From assembly GCA_964398525.1 (NCBI GenBank), contig CAYNMS010000003.1, positions 547-64,546 on the forward strand: a stretch of DNA of 64,000 bases. Direction: 5' to 3'. Of the stretch, positions 9,883 to 23,139 are shown piece after piece. Origin of the DNA: an uncultured Pseudomonadales bacterium. Lineage in GTDB: Bacteria > Patescibacteriota > Microgenomatia > UBA1400 > CAYNFZ01. The translations under genes were made by a program, and so were the position numbers. Each line of letters opens with the position of its first letter. Position 1 is the first letter of the stretch. The notes under the pieces were generated by a model that was given only the letters and a program-made list of their open reading frames with translations, did not search any database and was not told the origin of the DNA.

Positions 9883-10381
9883 TGACCCCTCCTGCTGGAC
9901 TAACTATTATTTCGTAATTACTACTATCTTTCTCTATTGTAATCCTTTGCTCGGCTCCACTCATCCTGCCTGTCAACACTTCAAAAAACACATCAAACTC
10001 ATCATCAGTCTCAAAATTGGTGCCCTGGGGTAGGTTATGAGACTCTACATTATATTCACTCCCACCACACTCTCCTGACACCTGATAAGTCTTGTCACTA
10101 GTCGTTTTAATTCTCCAGCCATCCAGAGTCTCTCCCGCATCCACACATCCTTGTGGTTTTTCCCCACTTTGGGCACGCTTCTGCACTTCCCTCAGTTTCA
10201 CCACCACTCCTTGCCCAGCACTAACAATTACTTGTCTATCAGCAAAAATCCTGTATGCACTTACCCCTCCGCCTACCAGCACACTACTAATGGCCACAGT
10301 AATCATAATTTCCAACAAAGTGAATCCAGCCGTCTTAACCAATTTACCTCGGCTTTGGTGGGGCAGGGGAGTGAGGTTCAT
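9860..10381 (-). CDS. Prepilin-type minor pilin (FimT/GspH-like)
   Basis: AG|FTLLEIM class III signal. Confidence 0.85.
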   Translation of the reverse strand: MNLTPLPHQSRGKLVKTAGFTLLEIMITVAISSVLVGGGVSAYRIFADRQVIVSAGQGVVVKLREVQKRAQSGEKPQGCVDAGETLDGWRIKTTSDKTYQVSGECGGSEYNVESHNLPQGTNFETDDEFDVFFEVLTGRMSGAEQRITIEKDSSNYEIIVSPAGGVSALGVQD

Positions 10382-10383
10382 AT

Positions 10384-10809
10384 TTATGGGTTACACACGC
10401 AGTAATTAGGAAAATCCGGGTCTGAATCATTCTCTAATTGTGCACACAATGAATAACTCTTGCTAGCACCACCACAATCCGACGCGCTTGGGGAATCGTC
10501 ATAAGTATAGATATACGGTGAAACATTTCTAGGATCTTCTAAACTCGCGTTGGATAGATATCCATCCGAAACCAATCCGCCCACTACACCTTCAAATGTA
10601 GATCCCGAGGGATACACTCCATTGTCAATTCTCGCCAGTTCCATCGCCGCTCGTACCTGCTCCAAATCCGCTTTCCGTCTGGCATCCCGTGCGTTTCGAT
10701 TCGCTGTCCGATAAGAAACCAAACCAACGGCTGCCAAAAGTGCGGCAATGGTAGCCGCCACCAACATTTCTACCAGCGTAAACCCTTTTTTCTTTTTAGT
10801 CTGTCTCAT
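10384..10809 (-). CDS. Type IV pilin (GspG-like)
   Basis: KG|FTLVEML, ARDARRKADL, C-terminal Cys. Confidence 0.88.
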   Translation of the reverse strand: MRQTKKKKGFTLVEMLVAATIAALLAAVGLVSYRTANRNARDARRKADLEQVRAAMELARIDNGVYPSGSTFEGVVGGLVSDGYLSNASLEDPRNVSPYIYTYDDSPSASDCGGASKSYSLCAQLENDSDPDFPNYCVCNP

Positions 10810-10834
10810 ATTTTATATCTCTTTTTTATATTCT

Positions 10835-11239
10835 TTATTGTTGGTTAACTACACAAAAATGATCCGTTCCACTGCCAAATGCACAATTTGCTCCTGAGTT
10901 ACCCGTTTCATTCTCCATTTCTGCGCAGGCACAATAAGTGTCCGTATCACTCGTACAAGTATAACTAAGAGTAGGTTTGGGGTCCGTAGGAATTCCACCT
11001 GGTAAAAATTCTGGGTCTTCCAAGCCTGCACAACTTGCCGGATATCCACCATTAGCCACATAATACTGCTCCATCGCGTTTTGTATCGACCTCATATCGC
11101 CTCTTCTGCTGGCATCCCTGGCTTTCTTTTGGGCTGTGGTATACGACACCGAACCCAAAGCCATAAGTATCGCGATTATCGACACCACTACCATTAGTTC
11201 CACCAAAGAAAACCCGCTTTTCCCTCTTCTCATTATCAC
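10835..11239 (-). CDS. Type IV pilin (GspG-like)
   Basis: SG|FSLVELM, ARDASRRGDM, multiple Cys. Confidence 0.88.
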   Translation of the reverse strand: MIMRRGKSGFSLVELMVVVSIIAILMALGSVSYTTAQKKARDASRRGDMRSIQNAMEQYYVANGGYPASCAGLEDPEFLPGGIPTDPKPTLSYTCTSDTDTYCACAEMENETGNSGANCAFGSGTDHFCVVNQQ

Positions 11240-11351
11240 TCCCGAATTTTAGTAATTTAAATTAATCTTTCTAATTGCCTATACCATTTTTCACTCTTTT
11301 GCCTTCCCTGTCAATCGTTTAGACCAATTCAGCTTTTAAACCCAAATCAGC

Positions 11352-12158
11352 CTACAACAATTGGCCCACATACCATATCCACAAATTCTCTCCCCACAGC
11401 AAAGCCGCCACCAGTCCAATTATTAAAAAAGGTCCAAAGGGCACCTTTTGGCCAATTTTTCTTTTGCCACTCAAAATTAAGCTGCTGGCCACTACCCCGC
11501 CCACCACAAACGCCAAGAAAAACCCCACCAATCCTCTTGGGTAACCGAGTAAAAACCCCATGACTGGTGCAAACTTAACGTCCCCAAACCCCATGCCTTT
11601 TTCGCCCGTTACCTTGTACAAACCATAAAAAAACAAAAATGCCCCCAAGCCCACCACCAAAGATATCACCAAATCCATCGGCTTCATCGCCCCACTGGCT
11701 ACCAAAAACACCCGATAAACTATTGCCGCCACTGCTAATACCGCTACCGCCTCATCGGGAATGATCCCATAAAGTAGATCAGTAAAAAACACTAGTACCA
11801 ACACCAAACCAACCAGTAGCCAAAACAACGGTTGAATATAAGTCAAAGGCGCTTGAGTCAATCTAAAAAACGCCACCCCCAAACTAGCCCACCACACAAA
11901 CAAGAGTCCGGTTGTCAGTTCCACCAACGGGTAAGACGCATCAATTTTTTTCTTGCACGTTCTACACCGCCCCCTCAGTACCACATAAGAGAGTAGGGGA
12001 ATGTTCTCGTACCATGCCAGTTGCCGTTTGCATTTGTCACAAAAACTTCTGCCTTTATACGGGCTTATCCCATGCCATGTCCGGTAAATCAGCACATTGA
12101 CAAAGCTACCGACAGACAGCCCAAGCCAAAAAACCAGTAAAAGTAGCAACCAATTCAT
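11352..12158 (-). CDS. pilD: Prepilin peptidase
   Basis: GSFVNVLIYR, two CxxC, GMGFGDVK, PFGPFL. Confidence 0.95.
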   Translation of the reverse strand: MNWLLLLLVFWLGLSVGSFVNVLIYRTWHGISPYKGRSFCDKCKRQLAWYENIPLLSYVVLRGRCRTCKKKIDASYPLVELTTGLLFVWWASLGVAFFRLTQAPLTYIQPLFWLLVGLVLVLVFFTDLLYGIIPDEAVAVLAVAAIVYRVFLVASGAMKPMDLVISLVVGLGAFLFFYGLYKVTGEKGMGFGDVKFAPVMGFLLGYPRGLVGFFLAFVVGGVVASSLILSGKRKIGQKVPFGPFLIIGLVAALLWGENLWIWYVGQLL

Positions 12159-12227
12159 CTCTTAACCCTATCATAGTTCTAAGTCTTTTCTCAATAGATG
12201 AGCCTAATTTTTTCCTCATCTTTCAAC

Positions 12228-12255
12228 AAAAAGCGGCCGCCCCATGGCAGCCGCT
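12228..12255 (-). terminator. Intrinsic terminator downstream of the pilin gene
   Basis: Minus strand AGCGGCTGCC-atgg-GGCGGCCGCT followed by TTTT. Confidence 0.75.
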
Positions 12256-12276
12256 ATACTTATATCTAATTTAACT

Positions 12277-12837
12277 TTACGGTAGACAAATTAACTCTGC
12301 ACCAGCTACACAGTTAACAGCCTGATTTGGTGTTTCACCGTCAGCACATTTTTTCTCTGCCTCCAGTGTAAATTGTTTAGACCTGGGCCTAAAACAGGCA
12401 TACACAGTGGCCGGTACTCCACCGACATCAGCGGCTTTGTCCATTGTGATCTCTAAATCTGTATGCAGCCGGTCTACGAACTGTTGTTTAACTTCAGCAG
12501 TGTCAGCCAGAAGTTGCAACCAGTCGCCTGGAGTGTCAATGTCCGCCGGGTCTGTAATGTTTACAGCGATCGTAGGCAAGGTTTCAGTGCCACCATTTAC
12601 AGAGGCCTCGTTCCAAGGATAAATCTCCTGAATCGCATAATATCTGTCAATGGCATTTAAAAGCTGAGCCGCATCGCTCCTGGTTCTAGTATCTCGGCCT
12701 TTATTTACCTGCTCGATCGGATTAATCGAACTAAGCACCGCCACGGCCAAAACGCCAATCACCGCAATCACCACGAGTAGCTCAATCATGGTAAAACCGG
12801 CTCTGCCGCGGCCCGTTAATAATTTGGGCAGTTTCAT
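12277..12837 (-). CDS. Type IV pilin, probable major pilin
   Basis: AG|FTMIELLVVIAVIGVLA; AGGAG SD and its own terminator. Confidence 0.88.
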   Translation of the reverse strand: MKLPKLLTGRGRAGFTMIELLVVIAVIGVLAVAVLSSINPIEQVNKGRDTRTRSDAAQLLNAIDRYYAIQEIYPWNEASVNGGTETLPTIAVNITDPADIDTPGDWLQLLADTAEVKQQFVDRLHTDLEITMDKAADVGGVPATVYACFRPRSKQFTLEAEKKCADGETPNQAVNCVAGAELICLP

Positions 12838-12870
12838 ATCAACTCCTACATTTTTAATAAGTTTTTAATG

Positions 12871-14079
12871 TTAAAACTGACTGGTTAATTGGTAGATCGG
12901 CATGATGATGGAAATTACTAAAAAGCCGACTCCCAGGCCAAGTACAATCATTATGATTGGCTCCAGAGCGGTTGTCAAGTTCTTGACTGTATGCTCACTT
13001 TCTACTTCAAAATAGTTAGCCACTTTCATCAACACTTCGTCCATTTTCCCTGTTTCCTCCCCGACCGCCACCATATTTGGTAGTAGTGGTGGAAACACGT
13101 TGGCTCGCGCCAGTGTTACCGACAAAGGCATACCTTTTTTCACTTGTCTCATGCTCTCATCAATCGCCTCTTCATAGACCTTATTGCCCAATACACCTCC
13201 TACTATCTCCAACGCATCCAGTAGTGAGATTCCCGCCCCTACCAGCAAACTCAAGGTTCTAGCCATCTCGGCTAAAACTATTTCACTCTGAAGTTTTCCA
13301 AACACCGGCAATTTAAGTACAAAAGTATCAAAATGTTTTCGCCCTACCGGTGTACTTTTCCAGTAGAAAAATCCTGCTCCCGCCAAAACGCTTCCCAATA
13401 ACATTACCGGCCACAGTGTTTGAAACATGTTGCTCACTGCAATCAACAATTGAGTCATCCACGGCAAGTCAGCATCAAAGTCCTGGTACATATCCGACAG
13501 TTTTGGTATTACAAACACCATCATCACAATTGTCACTGCAATCATGCCAATTACCACAATCACTGGATATATTAATGCTCCCTTCACTTTTCCTTTAAAT
13601 TCCTTTTGTTTTTCCAAATTATCTGCCAATCGTTTCAGCACCTCATCCAAAGCTCCAGAAGCCTCTCCTGCCCGAATCAAACTCACATACACTCCACTAA
13701 ACACTTGAGACTGCTTATCCATTGCATCCGCCAACGTGTTCCCGCCTTGCACTTCTCTTAAAATCTCACTAATCACTCTCGACATGGCTGGTCGGCTTTG
13801 CATTTCCAAAACGCTCAATGCCTCCGTCAACGCCAGCCCCGAGGCCACCATTGTCGAAAATTGTCGGGTAAACGCGACAATATCATCTCCACTAACCTTC
13901 TGCATCATGGTCGAGGTTTTCCCTATCACTCCACTCACCTCATTCACTGGTTTAATCTCCACCACTACCATCCCTTTTTCTCTAAGTACTCCCAGTGCGC
14001 TGGCTAAATCTCTCGCTTCAACCTTACCTTTGGCGTCTTTACCATCTTTAGTTTTTGCCTTGTATTCAAATCGCTCCAC
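12871..14079 (-). CDS. pilC: Type IV pilus platform protein PilC
   Basis: Two GspF domains: AGEASGALD, YP, VGEETGKMD, LEP. Confidence 0.95.
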   Translation of the reverse strand: MERFEYKAKTKDGKDAKGKVEARDLASALGVLREKGMVVVEIKPVNEVSGVIGKTSTMMQKVSGDDIVAFTRQFSTMVASGLALTEALSVLEMQSRPAMSRVISEILREVQGGNTLADAMDKQSQVFSGVYVSLIRAGEASGALDEVLKRLADNLEKQKEFKGKVKGALIYPVIVVIGMIAVTIVMMVFVIPKLSDMYQDFDADLPWMTQLLIAVSNMFQTLWPVMLLGSVLAGAGFFYWKSTPVGRKHFDTFVLKLPVFGKLQSEIVLAEMARTLSLLVGAGISLLDALEIVGGVLGNKVYEEAIDESMRQVKKGMPLSVTLARANVFPPLLPNMVAVGEETGKMDEVLMKVANYFEVESEHTVKNLTTALEPIIMIVLGLGVGFLVISIIMPIYQLTSQF

Positions 14080-14081
14080 GC

Positions 14082-15143
14082 CTAGCCCTCCTTTTTAAGT
14101 AGCCGCATCAGTTCTTCAGGTCTTATCGCAAATTCTCGCGCCTTCTCCATACTTACTACACCCGACTTCACCCAATATGCCAGTGAGGTTTCCATAGTCA
14201 TCATCCCCAAAGCTGCCGAGGTTTGAATAATGTTATCAATCTGATAACTCTTCCCGTCTCTGATACTGCTTCTTACCGCACTACTGGCCAACATGATTTC
14301 AATCGCGGGCACCCGGCCCCCATTTATCGCCGGCACCAATCTTTGGGCAAACACAGCCTCCAATGACATAGCCAGTTGGTTTCTCACTTGTGCCTGCTGT
14401 TCCTCTGGAAACACATCAATAATTCTGTCGACAGTTTGGGCGGCACTGTTGGTGTGAAGGGTGGCAAACACCAAATGTCCCGTTTCCGCTGTGGTCAAAG
14501 CCGCCGCTATTGTTTCAAAGTCCCGCATTTCTCCCACTAGCACTACATTCGGGTCCTCTCTTAAAACCGACTTCAAGGCAAAATTCCACCCCAGAGTATC
14601 ATCACCCAGTTCCCTCTGAGAAATAATGCTTTTCTTGGGTTCATACACGTATTCGATCGGGTCTTCTATGGTAATAATGTGTTCCGAGCGTGATTGGTTT
14701 ATCTCCTCAATCATAGCCGCCAGTGAAGTCGATTTTCCCGAACCCGTCGGTCCAGTCACCAACACAAACCCTTGTTTAAGTTGAGTTATCTGATGACACA
14801 CCGCCGGTAACTTCAGCTCATCCATAGTCGAAATTTTGCTGTTAAGCATTCTCATTGCCGTAGCCACACCACCCTGCTGCTGATAAACATTTATCCTAAA
14901 CCTAACTTTGCCTTCATATGCATATGAAAAATCTAACTCTTTTTTCTCTTCAAACTTAGTTTTTTGCTCTGGTGTCAGAATTGAATAAATTAATTCCTTA
15001 GCTAAATCATCGCTCATCGGACCATCGGTTATGGCCATCAACTCACCGTGTACTCTTATCATTGCTTTATTTCCCGGCACCAAATGCAAGTCACTTGATT
15101 CCTGCTCAATCATCAACTCAATCATTTCTTTCAACTGCATCAT
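14082..15143 (-). CDS. pilT: Pilus retraction ATPase PilT
   Basis: GPTGSGKSTS, EDPIEY, LREDPNVVLVGEMRD, AETGHLVFATLHT, AVRSSIRD. Confidence 0.95.
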   Translation of the reverse strand: MMQLKEMIELMIEQESSDLHLVPGNKAMIRVHGELMAITDGPMSDDLAKELIYSILTPEQKTKFEEKKELDFSYAYEGKVRFRINVYQQQGGVATAMRMLNSKISTMDELKLPAVCHQITQLKQGFVLVTGPTGSGKSTSLAAMIEEINQSRSEHIITIEDPIEYVYEPKKSIISQRELGDDTLGWNFALKSVLREDPNVVLVGEMRDFETIAAALTTAETGHLVFATLHTNSAAQTVDRIIDVFPEEQQAQVRNQLAMSLEAVFAQRLVPAINGGRVPAIEIMLASSAVRSSIRDGKSYQIDNIIQTSAALGMMTMETSLAYWVKSGVVSMEKAREFAIRPEELMRLLKKEG

Positions 15144-15186
15144 TTCTCCTTTATTTCATTTAAGCTTACTTTTACTTTTTTAGCTA

Positions 15187-17040
15187 CTAAATCTCCGCAA
15201 CTCTCAAAATCTCCTCTAGCGTAGTAATTCCTTCCAACGCCTTTAAATATCCGTCTTGCTTCATCAAAATCATCCCTTCACTAATGGCAATTTTTTCAAT
15301 CTCGGCTGCCGGCGCATTCTCTACAATCAATCTGGCTATTTTTTCTCCAACAGGTAAGACTTCAAAAATTCCAACCCTTCCCAAATATCCCGTATCACCA
15401 CAAGCCGAACACCCTTTTCCTTTATAAAACCTCAGGTCTTGCAAAGTTTTATTCTGACTTTTAAGCAAACCTTCCAGTATCGGACCTAAAACTTTTTGAA
15501 TATCTGACAACACTTCCGGCTCAAGCACCACCTCTTCCCGGCAATGGCTACAAATTTTCCTGGCCACACGCTGAGCAACCACACATGTCATTGAAGAAGC
15601 CAACAAAAACGGTTCCGCATCCATATCGACTAGTCTAGGCAGAGCTCCAGCCGCATTGTTGGTGTGCAGTGTCGAGAACACCAAGTGACCAGTCAGCGAA
15701 GCCTGTACCGCCAACTCTGCCGTTTCTTTATCCCGCACTTCTCCCACCATGATAATATTCGGATCTTGCCTTAAAAAGCTTCGCATACCCGAGGCAAATG
15801 TCAATCCGGCTTGTGGGTTTATCTGGACTTGGTTTACCCCAGGCATCTCATACTCCACTGGATCTTCCAAAGTCATGATATTAACCCTGGGAGTGTTGAT
15901 CTTATTTAAAATCGAATACAATGTTGTCGTTTTTCCCGAACCGGTTGGCCCAGTAATCAAAATAATCCCGTGAGGTACTTCAACAGACCGTTCCAAGTTT
16001 TGCAAAGCTCTTCCTCTCAAACCCAATTCCGGTAATGTCGGAACCTTCCCAGATTTTTTTAGCAACCTCATCACCACTTTTTCACCGTGAACAGTCGGCA
16101 AGGTAGAAATACGCAAATCCACCTCTTCTCCTGATACTTTAAACGAAAACCTGCCATCCTGAGGTGTTCTTTTTTCATCAATCTTCATTTGAGCCAATAT
16201 CTTTATCCGGCTCACCACACTCCCGTGTACTTCTCTAGGTAACACAAGTTTTTCATGCAAAATACCATCAATTCTGTATCTTACTCTGGTTCTGGTTTCT
16301 TGTGGTTCTATGTGAATATCGCTGGCTCTTGCCTTCATAGCAAAAGTTAAAATCGTCTCCACAATTTTAGCTACAGGTGCTTCTCTGATTACCTGCCCCA
16401 GCTCCGTCACATCCACCACGCGCTTTTCCGGCGCACTCACATCTTTAAGGGCTTCAACCACCTCACTCGACAAACTTTGAGCGTATTTCTCCCTAATTGC
16501 CAAGGTTAGTTCACTCCCGCTTGCCAAATAGGGGATTATCCTCATTCCACTTTTCTTCTCGACAAATTCTATCGCCGTCAAATCCAGTGGATTCGCCATC
16601 GCAACCGACAGCGAATTATTAGTTTTATCTATAGCAAAAGGAAAAATTTGGTACCTCTTGGCCACACTCTCATGAAGGAGAGACAATGCCTCGGGAGAAG
16701 CACCCACTTCAGAAGGCTTAATATAGGGAACATTTAAAAGTTCAGCCTTAGCCTTGGCCAAAGTCTCTTCATCAACAAATTTCTTTTCCGCTAAAATTTG
16801 CTCCGTTACTTTTCCCGTAGACACTGCCTCAAGCTTCACTTCATCATATCGGACCTGATCTATTTGACCCCAGGCAAGCAAGACGTCCAATACACTCCTG
16901 TGACCATCATTATAATTACCAGACATGTTAGGATTCACCGGACTCGTACCTTGAGGAGGATTTGTTGTAGGGGCTTGGGCAGTTTGATCCATAATTTCGA
17001 AAAAACGTTTAAGGTCGCCACCTAAATCCAAGTTTACCAA
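15187..17040 (-). CDS. pilB: Pilus assembly ATPase PilB (true start probably the internal ATG of MDQTAQ)
   Basis: ASDIHIEP, GPTGSGKTTT, LRQDPNIIMVGEVRD, tetra-Cys motif. Confidence 0.95.
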   Translation of the reverse strand: MVNLDLGGDLKRFFEIMDQTAQAPTTNPPQGTSPVNPNMSGNYNDGHRSVLDVLLAWGQIDQVRYDEVKLEAVSTGKVTEQILAEKKFVDEETLAKAKAELLNVPYIKPSEVGASPEALSLLHESVAKRYQIFPFAIDKTNNSLSVAMANPLDLTAIEFVEKKSGMRIIPYLASGSELTLAIREKYAQSLSSEVVEALKDVSAPEKRVVDVTELGQVIREAPVAKIVETILTFAMKARASDIHIEPQETRTRVRYRIDGILHEKLVLPREVHGSVVSRIKILAQMKIDEKRTPQDGRFSFKVSGEEVDLRISTLPTVHGEKVVMRLLKKSGKVPTLPELGLRGRALQNLERSVEVPHGIILITGPTGSGKTTTLYSILNKINTPRVNIMTLEDPVEYEMPGVNQVQINPQAGLTFASGMRSFLRQDPNIIMVGEVRDKETAELAVQASLTGHLVFSTLHTNNAAGALPRLVDMDAEPFLLASSMTCVVAQRVARKICSHCREEVVLEPEVLSDIQKVLGPILEGLLKSQNKTLQDLRFYKGKGCSACGDTGYLGRVGIFEVLPVGEKIARLIVENAPAAEIEKIAISEGMILMKQDGYLKALEGITTLEEILRVAEI

Positions 17041-17116
17041 TCTTAGTTATTTATGTTACCAATACTCCACCAATAACCAAGTTAAGCTTTTTGGCTTTAA
17101 TGCTAATATACCTATC

Positions 17117-17782
17117 ATGGACTCAAAACACCAGACTGATTCTCCTGCAATCATCCTGTCAGTTTCATCCCACTCTGCCAATGATCGTCTCAATCAAGTT
17201 GAAACTCTCTCCGCGCTCTCCCTCAAAAAACCCTCAACTGATGTTTTAATCATAGGCGATTTAGATTCCAGTCTTGGCATCGAGGAGACCAGGAGTCTCA
17301 AGCAATTTTTCACCACCACCCCCGCATCAGACTATAAAGTCGCCGTCCTGCTGTTTGCCGAGAATCTCACTCTACCGGCCCAAAACAGCCTGCTCAGGCT
17401 TCTTGAAGAGCCGCCTTCATTTGCCCAAATTTTTCTTGTCACCGCCAACCCATATTCCCTCCTACCCACTATCCGCTCCCGTTGTCAGCATCACTTCGCC
17501 CCGAATACTCAATCCAGTCCCTCTACCCTCCCAAATTTTAACGACCTTTCCTCTGCCGGCTCTCGCTTATTCGCCAGTGATCAATGTTCTTCTCGTCAAA
17601 CAGGCCTTGATTTAGTTGTCTCCTGTATCAACCATTTTCGCGCTCAACTCAAAAATAATCCCAACCCCTCCGCCCTTTACAATCTCACTTTAAGCCTCTT
17701 TACCCGCAATCTTCTCTTAAAAAACATCAACCCAAAATTGGCTCTCGATTATTTCTTCCTTCACTTAAAACCCCTTAAATAG
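17117..17782 (+). CDS. holB: DNA polymerase III delta-prime subunit (short)
   Basis: AQNSLLRLLEEPP, LLPTIRSRC. Confidence 0.85.
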   Translation: MDSKHQTDSPAIILSVSSHSANDRLNQVETLSALSLKKPSTDVLIIGDLDSSLGIEETRSLKQFFTTTPASDYKVAVLLFAENLTLPAQNSLLRLLEEPPSFAQIFLVTANPYSLLPTIRSRCQHHFAPNTQSSPSTLPNFNDLSSAGSRLFASDQCSSRQTGLDLVVSCINHFRAQLKNNPNPSALYNLTLSLFTRNLLLKNINPKLALDYFFLHLKPLK

Positions 17783-17900
17783 TTCCAGGGGTAGAACGCA
17801 CCAAAACCCGACGAAACTTATTTTTGGATACCACTTTGGGTTGGCGGCTGTTTTTTCATTTGTCAACTATGGACTCATTCTAACGCCTCTGTTACAATGA

Positions 17901-19871
<1,971 letters not shown>

Positions 19872-19890
19872 TTTTAATTAAAGGAGACCC

Positions 19891-20373
19891 ATGTCCTTCA
19901 AAGTTCTCATCGAAATCCCCGAAAGTTCAGCTATTAAATATGAGCTCGATGAAGACACTGGCGAAATGACTGTCGATCGAGTCATGCCCACCGCCATGCG
20001 CTTTCCCTTTTCATACGGGTTAATTCAAGGCACTCATGGCCTCGATGGAGACGCCCTGGATGCAATCGTCTTCTTATCCCAATCAGTCGTTCCTGGTGTT
20101 GTTGTTAAGTGTCACCCCATCGGCATGCTCGAGATGAAAGACGAGGGCGGCATTGATCACAAAATCGTCATGGTCCCCGATGCCAAAATCGATCACGTCT
20201 GTGGTGTTTGGCAGTCACTCGACGATGTTCCTCAAGCCAGAAAAGATCAAATCCGTCACTTCTTCGAACACTACAAAGACCTCGAACCGGGCAAGTGGGT
20301 CAAACTCAAAGATTGGCAGCCTGTTGAGGCCGCTCAAAAAGTCATCGAGGCTGCTCAAAACAGAAAAAAATAG
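19891..20373 (+). CDS. ppa: Family I inorganic pyrophosphatase
   Basis: IEIP..KYE, DGDALD, DEGGIDHKI, FFEHYKDLEPGKWV. Confidence 0.96.
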   Translation: MSFKVLIEIPESSAIKYELDEDTGEMTVDRVMPTAMRFPFSYGLIQGTHGLDGDALDAIVFLSQSVVPGVVVKCHPIGMLEMKDEGGIDHKIVMVPDAKIDHVCGVWQSLDDVPQARKDQIRHFFEHYKDLEPGKWVKLKDWQPVEAAQKVIEAAQNRKK

Positions 20374-20418
20374 TTTTCTACCCAATTTATCTGCCTAGTC
20401 ATTTAGTTATTTGTCATT

Positions 20419-23115
20419 ATGGACAACAAAGATAAGCCCCAAGACATTCCTGAAGAACTGGAACTTTCCCCGGAAAGCGAAGTCGAGGAATTGCCCGAAA
20501 TCTATCAAAACCGTTTCGGTACTATCATTCCCACCTCCATGGTTGAAGAACTGGAGAAATCCTACCTCGACTATGCCATGAGCGTGATTGTTTCCCGTGC
20601 GCTTCCTGATGTGCGTGACGGACTTAAACCTGTTCACCGACGCATTCTCTTTGCCATGAAAGATATGGGCATTACCCACAACGCCTCTTACAAAAAATCA
20701 GCACGTATAGTCGGAGAGGTTTTGGGTAAATATCACCCTCATGGTGACACGGCTGTCTACGATGCCCTCGTGCGATTAGCTCAAGATTTCTCCATGCGCT
20801 ACCCTTTAATCGACGGCCAAGGTAACTTTGGCTCCGTCGACGGCGATTCGGCAGCTGCCATGCGCTACACCGAAGCTCGCTTGGCTGCGATAACCGAGGA
20901 ACTCCTGGTAGATCTGGACAAAAAGACTGTTGATTTTATCGAAAACTTCGATGGTTCTCAGGAAGAGCCAACCGTTCTTCCAGCCAAACTTCCCAATCTG
21001 CTTCTCATGGGTGGAGACGGTATTGCCGTGGGTATGGCTACCAAAATTCCACCTCACAATCTGGGTGAAATCGTCGATGCCGTCAATGTCATGATCTCTC
21101 AAGGCTCCTCTCCCGCAAGTTCTCTAGCTCAAGCTGAACCCAAAATCCTCAATAAAGACGAAGCCTTTTTGGAATCCTGTGACCCCGCACTCCTGGTTGG
21201 TGAGTTTTCCTCTACCGCCACAACTGACGATCTATTGGAACACATTCAAGGCCCAGATTTCCCCACCGGCGGCATAATTTACGACTGGACTGCCATCAAA
21301 GATGTCTATGCCACCGGCAAGGGTAGGGTAGTGACTCGGGCTAAAGCCGAAATTACCGAAAACAAATCCGGTCGTTTCCAAATCATCGTTACCGAATTAC
21401 CTTACCAAGTCAACAAAGCCAAACTCATCACCAAAATCGCCGATTTAGTCAAAAACAAAAAGATAACCGGCATCAGCAATTTGCGTGACGAGTCTGACCG
21501 ACAAGGCCTAAGGGTCGTGGTTGACCTCAAAAAAGATTCTCGGCCTAAATCTGTCTTAAACAACCTTTACAAATACACTCAACTTCAAGACACTTTTTCG
21601 GCCAATATTGTCGCTCTCAACCCCGAAGGTGCCCCTCAAGTAATGAACCTCAAGACCATCTTAGGTCACTACATTGTTCACCGCCAATTCGTCGTCACCA
21701 GACGAGCCCAAAACGAACTGCGCGTCAATCGTGCTCGAGCCCACATTTTAGAAGGTCTACTTATTGCTCTCGACCACCTAGATGAAGTTATTAACACCAT
21801 TAGAAATTCTCCAGATGTTGACACTGCCCGCGCTCGTTTAATGGAAAAGTTCGAACTCTCTGAAATCCAGGCCACCGCTATTTTAGACATGCAACTAAGA
21901 CGTCTTGCCGCTCTGGAACGTAAAAAGATCGAAGAAGAATACGCTCAAATTCAGGCTATGATCAAAGACTTAGTTGGCCTTTTAACCGACACCACCAAAA
22001 TTCTTGCCCTTATTCAAACCGAACTCAACTCTCTTAAAGAAAAGTATGCTGATCCCCGTCGCACCCGGCTGGTTAAAAGTAAAATTGGCGACTTTAGTGA
22101 AGAAGATCTAATTGCTCCAGAGGACAACATCATTGCCGTAACTAAAACCGGCTATATCAAACGCATGCCCTTATCTACTTATCGATCCCAACGCCGTGGC
22201 GGCCAAGGCGTCACCGGCATGGCCACCAAAGAAGAAGATAGTCTAAGTTATCTTTTAACCGCCAACACTCACGACAATATGCTGATTTTCACCAGCGCGG
22301 GTAAAGTCTTTAAACTCAAAGTCTATGAAGTTCCCGAAGGCTCGCGCCAATCCAAAGGTCAAGCTATCATCAACCTCATTAATATCGACCAAAACGAGCA
22401 AGTCAGAGCCATTGTCACCACCTCAGACAAACTGGAAGAAAATCCCGACAAATTTATCACTCTTGCCACCAAATTTGGTCAAGTCAAACGCACATCACTC
22501 CAAGAATATCAAAACATTAGAAGTAGCGGCATTATTTCCATCACCTTAAAAGGGGATGACGAACTTGTATGGGGTGATCTCACCAATGGCGACGATCACT
22601 TGATTATGATTTCCTATCACGGCAAGTCAATTCGCTTCAAAGAATCCGATGTTCGCCCAACTGCCCGAGACACTCAAGGTGTGAGAGGCATCTCTCTTCA
22701 AAAAGGTGATTATCTTATCGCCGCCGAAGCCATGCGCCCCACGCTTCCAGAACCGGAAGATAGACGTCGCAAATACTTCAGAGATCTCCTCCTCATCACC
22801 GAAAAAGGCATCGGCAAACGCACCCCCACCGATCAGTATCCCCTCCAAAATCGCGGTGGCCAAGGTGTCAAAGTCGCCACTCTGTCGAGTAAAACCGGCA
22901 ATGTTGCCACTGCCAAAATCGTTAATCAAGAAGACGAACAAGTCGTCATCACCACCACCAAAGCCCAAGTCATCAAACTACCTCTAAAAAACATTCCTCA
23001 GCTGAAAAGACCAACTCAGGGAGTGATCCTTATGCGCCTAGGCAAAAATAACGACCAGGTTTCCGCTGCCGCCACCATTCAAACCCAAGACGAAGAAACA
23101 GATCTTGCCGTCTAA
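20419..23115 (+). CDS. gyrA: DNA gyrase subunit A
   Basis: YHPHGD, AAMRYTE (catalytic Tyr), GyrA-box QRRGGQG. Confidence 0.97.
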   Translation: MDNKDKPQDIPEELELSPESEVEELPEIYQNRFGTIIPTSMVEELEKSYLDYAMSVIVSRALPDVRDGLKPVHRRILFAMKDMGITHNASYKKSARIVGEVLGKYHPHGDTAVYDALVRLAQDFSMRYPLIDGQGNFGSVDGDSAAAMRYTEARLAAITEELLVDLDKKTVDFIENFDGSQEEPTVLPAKLPNLLLMGGDGIAVGMATKIPPHNLGEIVDAVNVMISQGSSPASSLAQAEPKILNKDEAFLESCDPALLVGEFSSTATTDDLLEHIQGPDFPTGGIIYDWTAIKDVYATGKGRVVTRAKAEITENKSGRFQIIVTELPYQVNKAKLITKIADLVKNKKITGISNLRDESDRQGLRVVVDLKKDSRPKSVLNNLYKYTQLQDTFSANIVALNPEGAPQVMNLKTILGHYIVHRQFVVTRRAQNELRVNRARAHILEGLLIALDHLDEVINTIRNSPDVDTARARLMEKFELSEIQATAILDMQLRRLAALERKKIEEEYAQIQAMIKDLVGLLTDTTKILALIQTELNSLKEKYADPRRTRLVKSKIGDFSEEDLIAPEDNIIAVTKTGYIKRMPLSTYRSQRRGGQGVTGMATKEEDSLSYLLTANTHDNMLIFTSAGKVFKLKVYEVPEGSRQSKGQAIINLINIDQNEQVRAIVTTSDKLEENPDKFITLATKFGQVKRTSLQEYQNIRSSGIISITLKGDDELVWGDLTNGDDHLIMISYHGKSIRFKESDVRPTARDTQGVRGISLQKGDYLIAAEAMRPTLPEPEDRRRKYFRDLLLITEKGIGKRTPTDQYPLQNRGGQGVKVATLSSKTGNVATAKIVNQEDEQVVITTTKAQVIKLPLKNIPQLKRPTQGVILMRLGKNNDQVSAAATIQTQDEETDLAV

Positions 23116-23139
23116 ACACATACAGTAGATAATCAACTT

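Noticed and set aside
17783-17860. Possible RNA structure upstream of gyrB
   Set aside because: Only a weak AACCCGA/TTGGGTT pairing, no recognisable riboswitch, and it lies upstream of the likely -10 (TACAAT).
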